Assembly (NCBI GenBank): GCA_963749395.1
Contig: CAVVMT010000019.1
Span: forward strand, 5,934-69,933
Reading direction: 5' to 3'
Length of the DNA: 64,000 bases
DNA from: Vulcanimicrobiota bacterium
Lineage (GTDB): Bacteria; Vulcanimicrobiota; Vulcanimicrobiia; Vulcanimicrobiales; Vulcanimicrobiaceae
A program made the translations under genes and the position numbers. Below, piece by piece: positions 7,678 through 16,340 of this stretch (position 1 is the first letter of the stretch; each line of letters opens with the position of its first letter). The notes under the pieces are model-generated. The model was not told where the DNA came from and did no database searches. It worked only from the letters and a program-made list of their open reading frames with translations.

Positions 7678-9230
7678 CGACCGAACGTAAGGACGAGACG
7701 CCGCATTACGACGGCGCGACGGAGTTCGAGCGGCGGCAGACGCACGCGCTGGGCATGGGCGGCGAACAGCGGCTCGCGGCCCGCGCGCAGCGCGGCCTGC
7801 TCGACGCTCGGCGCCGGATCGACGTGCTGCTCGACGCGGGAAGCTTCGAGGAGTCGGGGCTCTTCGCGCAATCGGTGCTTCCCGAAGATCGCGAATCGAG
7901 TCCGGCCGACGGCAAGATCGCCGGCTATGGAAAGATCGACGGCCGCGACGTGGCGCTGGTCTCCAACGATTTCACCGTCAAAGGCGCTTCGAGCAGCTTG
8001 ACCAACATGCGCAAGATCGCGCAGATGCGCCGCACGGCGACCGCGCGCGGCCTGCCGCTGATTTTTCTGGGCGAGTCGTCGGGGGCGCGTCTGCCCGACA
8101 ATCAAGGCGCGCGCGGCATGGGGACGATGCTCGGCAACGACCCCACCCAATACCAGCGGCTGCGCGAGACGCCGTGGGTGTCGGCGGTGCTCGGCCTGGC
8201 GTACGGTTCGGCCTGCTTCTACAACAGCTGCGCCGATTTCAGCGTGATGCGCAAGGGCGCGATCATGGCCGTTTCGAGCCCCGAGCTCGTCGAGCTCGCG
8301 ACCAGCTCGAAGATCGATGCCGAAGAGCTCGGCGGGTGGCGGCTGCACGCCGAAGTGACCGGGATGGTCGACATGGTCGTCGACACCGACGAAGCGGCGC
8401 TCGCGGCGGTGCGCCGCTTTCTCAGCTATATGCCGGCGCACCACAACGAGCCGCCGCCGGTCGCGCCGGTGCCCGCCGGTTCCGGCGACGGGATGGCGAC
8501 GATCGCCGAACTGCTGCCGGCCCGGCGCGCGCAGACGTACGACATGCGCAAGATCATCGAACGGATCGCCGACGCCGGCAGCGTCTTCGAACTCAAAGCC
8601 CGTTTCGGGCGCTCGATCGTGACCGCGCTGACGCGGTTGAACGGCCACGTCGTCGGCTTCATCGGCAACAACCCGTCGGTGCGCGGCGGCGCGCTCGATC
8701 CCGACGGCTGCGATAAGATGATCGACTTCCTCGTGCTCTGCGATTCGTTCAACATCCCGCTCGTCTCGCTCGTCGATACGCCCGGCTTCGCGATCGGGCT
8801 CGAGGCCGAACGGAAACGGATCACCGGAAAGATTCTCAACCACATGAACGCGCTGCAGCTCGTGACGATGCCGAAGATCTCGATCGTCATCCGCAAGAGC
8901 TACGGCCAGGCGTATCTGAACATGGGCGGCGGCCGCAACTCCGACGAAGTCGCCGCGTGGCCCAGCGCGGAAGTCAGCTTCATGACGCCCGCGTTCGCGA
9001 CCACGATCGTGCACCGGCTGCGTCCAGGCGAAGCCGGCTTCGAGCAGAAGCTCGCCGAGATGGAGCGCGAGAACTCGGTGTGGGACATCGCATCGATGTA
9101 CGCCGTGCAACACGTCGTGGAGCCTGCGCGCACCCGCGATTATTTGATCCGGATGCTCGAGGTGCACCGCCTGCGGCCGACCCGCGGCATCGGTCAACAC
9201 CTGCTGCGCATGTGGCCGACAAGCAGTTGA
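7674..9230 (+). CDS. acyl-CoA carboxylase carboxyltransferase (beta) subunit
   Basis: MGGEQRLAARAQRGLLDARRRIDVLLDAGSFEE and NDFTVKGASS. A two-domain carboxyltransferase of about 518 aa. TTG is the only in-frame start. Confidence 0.9.
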   Translation: MTTERKDETPHYDGATEFERRQTHALGMGGEQRLAARAQRGLLDARRRIDVLLDAGSFEESGLFAQSVLPEDRESSPADGKIAGYGKIDGRDVALVSNDFTVKGASSSLTNMRKIAQMRRTATARGLPLIFLGESSGARLPDNQGARGMGTMLGNDPTQYQRLRETPWVSAVLGLAYGSACFYNSCADFSVMRKGAIMAVSSPELVELATSSKIDAEELGGWRLHAEVTGMVDMVVDTDEAALAAVRRFLSYMPAHHNEPPPVAPVPAGSGDGMATIAELLPARRAQTYDMRKIIERIADAGSVFELKARFGRSIVTALTRLNGHVVGFIGNNPSVRGGALDPDGCDKMIDFLVLCDSFNIPLVSLVDTPGFAIGLEAERKRITGKILNHMNALQLVTMPKISIVIRKSYGQAYLNMGGGRNSDEVAAWPSAEVSFMTPAFATTIVHRLRPGEAGFEQKLAEMERENSVWDIASMYAVQHVVEPARTRDYLIRMLEVHRLRPTRGIGQHLLRMWPTSS

Positions 9231-9251
9231 ACCAACCCGAGGAGCATCGCT

Positions 9252-9476
9252 GTGGCACGATTTGAAGTGAGATCCGATATCGCGGGGACGGTGTGGAAGA
9301 TCGTCGCCCGTCCCGGCGACGAGGTGGGCGAGGGCGCGCCGATCGTCATCCTCGAGTCGATGAAAATGGAGATCGAAATCGCAACGCTCGACGCCGGCAC
9401 GGTGCTCGAGATCCGCGTCACCGAGGGGGAGGCCGTCAGCGACAATCAGGTGATCGCCGTGCTCGAGGCGCGTTAG
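9252..9476 (+). CDS. biotin carboxyl carrier (biotinyl-domain) protein
   Basis: 74 aa containing the biotinylation motif ESMKME. GAGGAG lies upstream of GTG 9252. Confidence 0.85.
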   Translation: MARFEVRSDIAGTVWKIVARPGDEVGEGAPIVILESMKMEIEIATLDAGTVLEIRVTEGEAVSDNQVIAVLEAR

Positions 9477-9597
9477 CGAGAGGCGTCGTCGCCCCCGGGG
9501 CGCGGCGGTGCGCCGGGACGCACAGTCCGCGAGCACCTGCAGGCGCCCCCACAACGGGCTCCGTAGTGCCGAAGTGCACCCGGAGGAGGATCCCGTC

Positions 9598-11313
9598 ATG
9601 TGCCGTGCCTGCGTTCCGAACATCTTCGCACCCGTCGAGCATCTCGAACACGCCGGGAGCCTGCCGGATGCCGCGGGAGGCGCGGCCACCGCCACTTCCG
9701 GCGCCGACACGATCTTCCAAGGCGGCACGATCGTCCCGATGGCGGGGCCGCAACGCACGGTCGAAGCGCTCGCGATCGGCGGCGGCAAGATCCTGGCTGC
9801 CGGGAACGCGAGCGACCTCGCCGGCTTGAAGACGAGCGCGACGAAGACCGTCGATCTCGACGGCCGCACCCTCTTGCCCGGGTTCATCGATCCGCATCAG
9901 CACACGCTGACCGGCGCCCTGATGAACGCGGTCATGGTCGACGTCAGCTTCGTGAAATACAAGGCCCGGCAAGACGTGCTCGCGGCACTCAAAGCGGCGG
10001 TCGCCAAAAAGGCGCCCGGCGAATGGGTGTACGCGACCGGCTACGACAACCTGCTGCAGGGCGGCGGCCTGACGATGGACCTGCTCGACGGCATCTCGAA
10101 GACGACGCCGATCTGGGTGTGGTACATGAACATGCACACGGCCTGCGGGAACAGCGCGGCGTTCACCGCGGCCAAGATTCCCGACGACGTCGGCGTGATC
10201 AATCCCGGCGGCGGCCACTTTGCGCGCGACGCGAACGGCAAGCTGACCGGCGTCATGTACGAGGAGCCGGCGTTGCGGCTGTTCCTCGCCGGGGCGCCGA
10301 AGCTGACGCCGCAATTCGTCGGCAACGCCTTCATGGAATGGATGAAGGTCAATTCCGGCTTGGGCAACACGAGCATCCACGAAGCCGGTGTCTTGGTGCT
10401 CGGCAACGTGATGGACGGCTACGCGAAGCTCGCGGCGATCGCGCCGGTGCGCGCCAGCGTCAGTTTCTTCTACGACAATCTCGACCTGGCGGCGCAGTAC
10501 GTCAAGTACGGCGTCGGCGCGAAGGCGACCGAGATCCCGGATACGATGTTGACGATCTACGCGATCAAGATCATCGGCGACGGATCGAATCAAGAGAAGA
10601 CCGCGTTCCAGACGCAACCGTATTTGAACACGACCGACGTCGGACGTCCCAATTTCACCGCCGAAGAGATGAAGAAGATGGTGGCCGACGTGAAGAACGC
10701 CGGCTGGCCGGTGTCGATTCACGCCAACGGCGACGCGACGATCGAGATCGCGCTCGACGCGATCGAGGCCGCGTACGGTGCGGCGACGCCGCCGACCGGC
10801 ATCAATCGCATCGAGCACTGCACGATGGCGCGCCCCGATCAGCTGCAACGCATGAAGCGGTTGGGCGTGCAGCCGAGTTTCCTGATGAACCACGTGTCGT
10901 TCTGGGGCGCCGCCTATCGCGACGTACTGTTCGGGCCGCCGCGCTCCGAGCGCATGGATGCGGCCGGCGATTGCGTGCGCGAGGGGCTCCCGTTCACGCT
11001 GCACACCGACGCGCCGTGTTCGACGTTGGGCACGCTGCGCCTGATCCAGACCGCGGTGACGCGGCGTTGCCTCACGGATGGGTCGATCGTCGGCGCGGAC
11101 CAGGCGATCTCGGTCGACGAAGCGCTCAAGGCGATGACCGTCAATGCAGCCGCCCAGATCGGCATGGCGGAGAAACTCGGGACGCTCGAGCCCGGGAAGC
11201 TCGCCGACTTGGTCGCGCTCGATCACAATCCGTACGAGGTCGACCCGGAGACGATCATGTCGATCGAGGTGACGGACACGTGGGTCGGGGGGAAACCCGC
11301 CTTCACCGGCTGA
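9598..11313 (+). CDS. metal-dependent amidohydrolase (Amidohydro_3 / YtcJ-like)
   Basis: GGAGGAGGA, 7 nt, then ATG 9598. LPGFIDPHQHT metal motif, HANGD, and DTWVGGK at the C-terminus. It is a paralogue of the gene at 18066..19832. Confidence 0.85.
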   Translation: MCRACVPNIFAPVEHLEHAGSLPDAAGGAATATSGADTIFQGGTIVPMAGPQRTVEALAIGGGKILAAGNASDLAGLKTSATKTVDLDGRTLLPGFIDPHQHTLTGALMNAVMVDVSFVKYKARQDVLAALKAAVAKKAPGEWVYATGYDNLLQGGGLTMDLLDGISKTTPIWVWYMNMHTACGNSAAFTAAKIPDDVGVINPGGGHFARDANGKLTGVMYEEPALRLFLAGAPKLTPQFVGNAFMEWMKVNSGLGNTSIHEAGVLVLGNVMDGYAKLAAIAPVRASVSFFYDNLDLAAQYVKYGVGAKATEIPDTMLTIYAIKIIGDGSNQEKTAFQTQPYLNTTDVGRPNFTAEEMKKMVADVKNAGWPVSIHANGDATIEIALDAIEAAYGAATPPTGINRIEHCTMARPDQLQRMKRLGVQPSFLMNHVSFWGAAYRDVLFGPPRSERMDAAGDCVREGLPFTLHTDAPCSTLGTLRLIQTAVTRRCLTDGSIVGADQAISVDEALKAMTVNAAAQIGMAEKLGTLEPGKLADLVALDHNPYEVDPETIMSIEVTDTWVGGKPAFTG

Positions 11314-11358
11314 GCGCCACATGAGGCGTTCGCGCCGGCGAACGCGAATGGGCGCTAC

Positions 11359-13429
11359 GTGAACGACCTCGCCGTCGATCGTGCGGAGCTGATCGGGCGC
11401 GAACGCGATCTCGGAGCCGTTCTGATGATGCTCGAGACGGCGCGCGTCGTCACGCTCTGCGGTCCGGGCGGCGTGGGGAAGACGCGCTTGGCGCACGCCA
11501 TCGTCGAGCGCCTTTCGTCGGCGCGGGCGATGCCGGTGCAGTTCGTCGATCTCTCGAACGTGATCGATGCCGAGGATGCCGGTGACGCAGTTCTGCGCGC
11601 CATCGATGCGTGCTGCAATCATCCCGGCCGCAGCGTGATGGTGCTCGACAATTGCGAACACGTGCTCGAAGCCGTGCGCCACACCGTCGAGACGGCGGTG
11701 ACCGCGCATCCGTTCCTGCGCGTGCTCGCGACCAGCCGCGTTCCCATCGATTCGATCCTCGAAGCGACGTACGTGCTGCACCCTTTGGCCGCGGACGCCG
11801 CGCAGGCGCTCTTCGTGCGGCACGTGCGGGCCTTCGACCCGGAATACGACCCCCGCGCGGACGGGGCCGACATCGCCGCGATCTGCGCGCGCTTGGAAGG
11901 CTTGCCGCTGGCGATCGAGCTCGCGGCACCGCGGGCGCGGGTGCTGGGCGTACGCCGGCTGGCGCAGCGCCTGACGCTGCCGTCGCAATTGCTGAGCGGG
12001 AAACGCGAGGCAGCGCGCGCGCCGCGCCAGCAATCGTTACGCGCCTTGATCGCGTGGAGCTTCGATTTGCTCGACGAACCCGAGCGGCGCGCGATGGGCC
12101 AGCTCTCGGTGTTCGCCGGCTGGTTCTCACTCGAAGCGGCCCGCGAAGTGTGCGCCGACGCGTTGCGGGCCGGCATCGTGACGACCGTCCTCCGCCTGCG
12201 CGAGAAGTCGCTCTTGACCCACGACGGCGAGCGATACTACCGCATGCTCGAACCGATTCGAGAGTTTGCCGCCGAAGAATTGCGCGTCGCGGGCGGGGCC
12301 GGCGAATTCGCGCACCGGCACGCGCGCTTTTGCACCGCATTCGCGCAGCGCGGGTACGACCGTCTGAAGACGACCACGCCGGCCGAGCTGCTTCGCCGGC
12401 TGGACGCCTTCCACGACAACGTGCGGGCGGCGCTCGCGTGGGCGCTCGAATACGAGAACGACGTCGAGTTGGGCGTCGACCTCGTGCTCGCGTACACGCA
12501 GTTCTGGATCGTACGCGGATTTCTGACCGAAGGTCGGCGGTGGGTCGGGCGCGCGCTGGCCAAGCTGGGGGAAGTGCAGACGCGGCCACACGCGCGGCTT
12601 TCGCGGGCCGCGGGGAAACTGGCGCGCCAGCAAGGCGACACGTCCGCCGCGATCGTCGCCAACCGCGCCGCGGTCGCGTTCTATGCGTCGCTTCCGCAGC
12701 AATCGGAGGAACTCGCCGACGCGCTCAACGGGCTCGCGCTGGCGCTCCACGAATCCGGCGCGCTCGACGAAGCGGAGGCGACGTACGCGCGTGCCCTCGA
12801 AATCGAGCGCGCGGTGGGCGACGAGCGCGGCGTCGCGATGATGTCGAACAACTTGGCCGGCCTGTTGCTGGCGCGCGGAGCGTTCGCGGACGGCGCGCGT
12901 GCACTTCGAAACGTGCCTGAACTTTTTTCATGACGCAGGGGACGCGCGGATGCGCGGCCTCGTGCTGGCCAATCTTGCCGAATTGATGATCTGCAGCGAC
13001 GATCCGGCCACGGGTGCGGCGCTCGCCGAGGAAGCCTATGCGCTGCGGCGCGGACTCGGCGACCGCAGCGGCATGGCGCACGCGGCCTTGCGCGCCGCGG
13101 AGGCGGCGATTCTCGGGAAGCGATTCGCCGAAGGGCAGGCGTACCTGCGCGAGAGCCTGAGCTTGGCCGAGGAACTCGGGAACGCGGCGCTGACGTGCGA
13201 AGCGCTGCGGATCGCGGTCCTCCTGGCAACCGTCACGGGCGCGCCCGCCGTTGCGCGCCGGCTCGCGCGGGTGGAAGGCGGGCGCCGGTCCGCGTGCGGG
13301 GAGCAGATGACCCCGGTGCGCCGGGAGCGCTACGACGCGCTGCTCGCGCAGACCGGAGCGGCGGACAAGGGCGTCCCCGGCGACGCCGATCCGCATCCCG
13401 ATTTGGTCGCGCTCCTGGGGCCTTGGTAG
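11359..13429 (+). pseudogene. STAND (NB-ARC-like) P-loop NTPase with C-terminal TPR repeats, apparent frameshift near 12892-12902
   Basis: Walker A GPGGVGKTRLA and LEGLPLAIELAA. The TPR-like repeats continue seamlessly from track ORF 11359..12933 into track ORF 12899..13429 in the +1 frame, at a GGCGCGCGTG tract. Confidence 0.7.
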
Positions 13430-13462
13430 CCGAGCGGGTCAAGCAGCCCCGCCGCTCGTACC

Positions 13463-13492
13463 GCGACAGGTGGCGCCGTCGTCCGGTAGAAT
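13463..13492 (+). promoter_or_regulatory. possible tRNA promoter
   Basis: GCGACA (13463-13468), 18 nt, TAGAAT (13487-13492), about 20 nt upstream of the tRNA 5' end. Confidence 0.35.
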
Positions 13493-13513
13493 GGTAGTCG
13501 GTCGCCCACGCGC

Positions 13514-13589
13514 GCCGACGTAGCTCAGTTGGTAGAGCAGCTGTTTCGTAAATAGCAGGTCATCGGTTCGAGTCCGATCGTCGGCTCCA
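13514..13589 (+). tRNA. tRNA-Thr (anticodon CGT), CCA encoded
   Basis: Hand-folded cloverleaf. Acceptor stem GCCGACG/CGTCGGC, D arm GCTC-AGTTGGTA-GAGC, anticodon arm GCTGT-TTCGTAA-ATAGC, T arm ATCGG-TTCGAGT-CCGAT, then discriminator T and CCA. Confidence 0.9.
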
Positions 13590-13596
13590 GTCTCAA

Positions 13597-13628
13597 GCCC
13601 CGCCACGGCGGGGTTTTCTGTTTGTTTG
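13597..13628 (+). terminator. intrinsic terminator after tRNA-Thr
   Basis: GC hairpin CCCCGCC..GGCGGGG followed by TTTTCTGTTTGTTT. Confidence 0.6.
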
Positions 13629-13657
13629 CGGGCGAGGACCCCGCGATCGTTCGACGG

Positions 13658-13954
13658 CTAGGCCGGAACGAGCACTTCGCGTTCGATCTGGTCGCCGTGC
13701 GCGTCGCGCTCGACCTCTAGATCGTAGCGGGCCTGCAGCCGCATCCACGTTTCGGGGGCCAAACTGAAGTAGCGGCCCAGCCGCAGCGCGGTATCGGCAG
13801 TGATGCCGCGTTTGCCGGCAACGATTCCGGAAATGCGATTGGCCGGGATCCGAAGGCTGAGCGCGAGCTGGTTCGCGGAAAGGCCTGCTGGGGCCATGAA
13901 GTCTTCCGCGAGAATTTCGCCGGGGTGGACGGGAGCGAGACGGGTAGGTGGCAT
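13658..13954 (-). CDS. higA: HigA-type antitoxin (XRE-family HTH)
   Basis: MPPTRLAPVHPGEILAEDFM... and the HTH LSANQLALSLRIPANRISGIVAGKRGIT. GAGGA lies upstream of ATG 13954, 9 nt after the higB stop. Confidence 0.85.
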   Translation of the reverse strand: MPPTRLAPVHPGEILAEDFMAPAGLSANQLALSLRIPANRISGIVAGKRGITADTALRLGRYFSLAPETWMRLQARYDLEVERDAHGDQIEREVLVPA

Positions 13955-13965
13955 GGTGGTCCTCA

Positions 13966-14241
13966 TCAGTGATAGTCGACGATTTCGACTTCGTGCGCCT
14001 CGCCGTTCACCCAGCGGAAGCAGACGCGCCATTTATCGTTGATCCGAATCGATTGCTGGCCGGCGCGGTTACCGGTTAGCGCTTCAAGGTTCAGCCCCGG
14101 GCTCTTCAGTTCGCGCAGCGAGGTGATCTCGTCGAGCAAGAGCAACCGGCGCAGCGCCACGCGCTCGAACGACCGGTATTTGCGAACGCTACGGCGTTTG
14201 AACAGCTCCTGCGTGAGCTTGTCCTCGGACGACCGGACCAT
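13966..14241 (-). CDS. higB: HigB-type toxin (RelE/ParE superfamily, plasmid maintenance system killer)
   Basis: 91 aa with ...LKSPGLNLEALTGNRAGQQSIRINDKWRVCFRWVNGEAHEVEIVDYH. The toxin-first order is typical of higBA. Confidence 0.85.
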   Translation of the reverse strand: MVRSSEDKLTQELFKRRSVRKYRSFERVALRRLLLLDEITSLRELKSPGLNLEALTGNRAGQQSIRINDKWRVCFRWVNGEAHEVEIVDYH

Positions 14242-14286
14242 ACATAAAGCATAGTACGACTTGCGTACAATGTAAAGCGTCTAATG

Positions 14287-14310
14287 GCCCGCAGCGGCGG
14301 GGTTTTTTGC
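14287..14310 (+). terminator. second, plus-oriented terminator-like hairpin resembling the tRNA terminator
   Basis: CCCGC-AGCG-GCGGG followed by GTTTTTTGC. It shares the 12-nt core CGGCGGGGTTTT with 13606-13617. No plus-strand gene lies upstream except the tRNA. Confidence 0.4.
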
Positions 14311-14675
14311 ATTTGGGCGTGGCGCGGGCGTCGACGGCTCACCCGCGACACGGGTGACCGGCCCGAGCCGGCTCCGGATGTACTTCGGTGGCGAACGCGA
14401 TGTCGTCGGCGAACTCCGCGCACTTCCCCTTCGCGTCCGCCGCTGGAAGTGCCGCCGCCGAGCCGCGGATGATACCACCGGCCGAACATCGGCGCGGAGA
14501 CCGCGATACTCTCGTAAACCGTTCGGATCCAAGCCGCGCCCCGCGGATCGGCGTCGAGAAGCGCTTTCACGCCCGCGTACTTCGTATGGAAGTCGAAGAG
14601 ACTCGGCACGCCGCGGCGGACGAATTCGTGCAGCGATGCATCGGCCGGCATCAGCCCGAAGCGCGGTGGCGCATA

Positions 14676-14690
14676 CGAAAATGAATATCA
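14676..14690. promoter_or_regulatory. Fur-family (Zur-like) box candidate
   Basis: CGAAAATGAATATCA matches the actinobacterial-type Zur box TGAAAATGATTTTCA at 12/15 positions (as recalled). It lies upstream of the amidohydrolase-COG0523 operon. The palindrome is weak. Confidence 0.3.
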
Positions 14691-14818
14691 TAGCGACCTT
14701 GCCACCATCTGGGACAGCGATAACGAAAAGTTTCACGCTGTCCACGATCCTCTACTGCAAAACCTGGTATGATCTTTCTGATACGATCGGCGTTGCTACA
14801 GAAGGACGGTTTCGCACC

Positions 14819-16321
14819 ATGGCAACTCTCAGCGACCATTTCGATATCGTGATCGAAAACGGCCGGGTCATGGATCCGCAAACAGGATTCGATGGCGTCC
14901 GCAACGTGGGTGTGAAGGATGGGAAGATCGTCGCGATCACCGACAAGGCGATCGCAGGCGCCCAAACCTTCGATGCGACCGGACATGTGGTTGCACCAGG
15001 TTTTATCGACGGGCACTGCCACGCCGCCAACGATGCCTTTGGCGTGAAGTGTGGGATTCGCGACGGAAAGACGACGCACTTAGATCTGGAATTGGGCGCA
15101 TGGCCTGTCGCTGGATGGTACGACCGCTTAGAGGGTCGCTCGCAGGCAAACTACGGTACGACGGTCGGACATCTTGCCATCCGCGATGATGTGTTCAGTA
15201 ACGTTCACTACAATACGGGCAACGCGTTTCTCGAAAACTGGAAATCGAAAGATCAGTGGTCGGTTCATGAAGCTTCGCCGCAAGAGATGGAAGAGATTCT
15301 CGAAAAGGTCGAGCAAGGGCTGAAGCAAGGAGCTTTGGGTGTCGGGTCTCCGGTCGGCTACGCGACGACCGGATTGTCGGCGTACGAACTCAACCAGGTT
15401 TGGAAGCTCGCCGGCGAGCACGGCCTCTTCGCGACCGTTCACGGGCGCTTTTCGAGTTTCGCACTTCCCACTGAAGGCATTCTCGGTACGTTGGAGGCGA
15501 TCGCGAGCGCATCGATGCACGGGGCCGGGATCCTGGTTCACCACTGGCACGCCCAAGTCTTGAGTGCGGTCGAGGATGTGGCCAAGATGGCAGATCAGGC
15601 GCGCGAAAAGGGCGTCAAGATTCTCTTGGAGGTGTATCCCTACACGTACGGCTCCTCCATTTTAACGGCCGACTATTTGCGTCCCGAAAATTATGGTCGC
15701 CAGATGGGTCACTCCTACGGCGACATCACCTTGGTTCAGACCATGGCACCCCTAACGCAACAAACGTACGAGCAAGGGCTGAAAGAAAATCCGAACGCGA
15801 CGATCTACTTCGAACACTGCACCGAGCAGGACATGGTCAAGGCGTTGGCTTGGCCCACCGCCGCATTGGGCAGCGACGGAATGCCCTACATCGACGAGAA
15901 GGCAAGCCGGGACGCGGAAGGGGCCACGACCGTTCCCTACGACTTCCCCGACGACAAGGCACTCGGCCATCCGCGCGGAGCGGGGACTTTTGCGAAAACC
16001 TTTCGCTACACCCGCGAACAGAAAATCATGCCGCTGATGACCGCTGTGGCGAAGAGCAGCTACTTGTTGGCCAAGTTCATGGAGGACTGCGGCGTTCCGC
16101 AGATGGCTCTCAAGGGCCGAATTCAGGTGGGCGCCGATGCCGACATCACGATCTTCGATCCAGACACGATTGCCGACAACTCCACGCCACTTCACGGTGC
16201 CTTGCCGGCGTCGGGAATTCCGTTCGTGATCGTGAACGGCGTCCCCGTGGTGAAGAACTCGGAGATCGTGGAGGGTGTGTACCCGGGTAAGCCCATACGT
16301 CTTCCGTCGACGGAGATCTAG
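14819..16321 (+). CDS. D-aminoacylase-like metal-dependent amidohydrolase
   Basis: MATLSDHFDIVIENGRVMDP..GVKDGKIVAI..ATGHVVAPGFIDGHCH. About 500 aa. The upstream part of track ORF 14354.. is Arg-rich junk. Confidence 0.8.
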   Translation: MATLSDHFDIVIENGRVMDPQTGFDGVRNVGVKDGKIVAITDKAIAGAQTFDATGHVVAPGFIDGHCHAANDAFGVKCGIRDGKTTHLDLELGAWPVAGWYDRLEGRSQANYGTTVGHLAIRDDVFSNVHYNTGNAFLENWKSKDQWSVHEASPQEMEEILEKVEQGLKQGALGVGSPVGYATTGLSAYELNQVWKLAGEHGLFATVHGRFSSFALPTEGILGTLEAIASASMHGAGILVHHWHAQVLSAVEDVAKMADQAREKGVKILLEVYPYTYGSSILTADYLRPENYGRQMGHSYGDITLVQTMAPLTQQTYEQGLKENPNATIYFEHCTEQDMVKALAWPTAALGSDGMPYIDEKASRDAEGATTVPYDFPDDKALGHPRGAGTFAKTFRYTREQKIMPLMTAVAKSSYLLAKFMEDCGVPQMALKGRIQVGADADITIFDPDTIADNSTPLHGALPASGIPFVIVNGVPVVKNSEIVEGVYPGKPIRLPSTEI

Positions 16322-16340
16322 CCCGGCGCGGCATCTCGTC

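Noticed and set aside
5263-12033. Very long track ORFs on the opposite strand or in an alternative frame of real genes: 5263..7665 (800 aa), 7671..9887 (738 aa), 9436..12033 (865 aa), 9600..11324, and 11450..12589.
   Set aside because: Their translations are Arg/Ala/Pro/Gly-rich low-complexity strings with no motifs. They fully overlap ORFs that have clear family signatures. This is the typical absence of stop codons in off-frames of GC-rich DNA.
14338-14651. A minus-strand ORF starting MPADASLHEFVRRGVPSLFDFHTKYAGVKALLDADPRGAAWIRTVYESIAVSAPMFGRWYH. A second frame continues ...AAALPAADAKGKCAEFADDIAFATEVHPEPARAGHPCRG*, so it could be a frameshifted small gene at the island boundary.
   Set aside because: The first about 60 residues look protein-like, but I recognise no family. 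There is no clear SD sequence, and the frameshift reconstruction is speculative. It is left uncalled and is worth a database search.
14354-14818. An upstream extension of the amidohydrolase ORF (track start 14354).
   Set aside because: The extension is Arg/Pro-rich junk overlapping the region above. The conserved N-terminus starts at MATLSDHFDIVIENGRV (ATG 14819).
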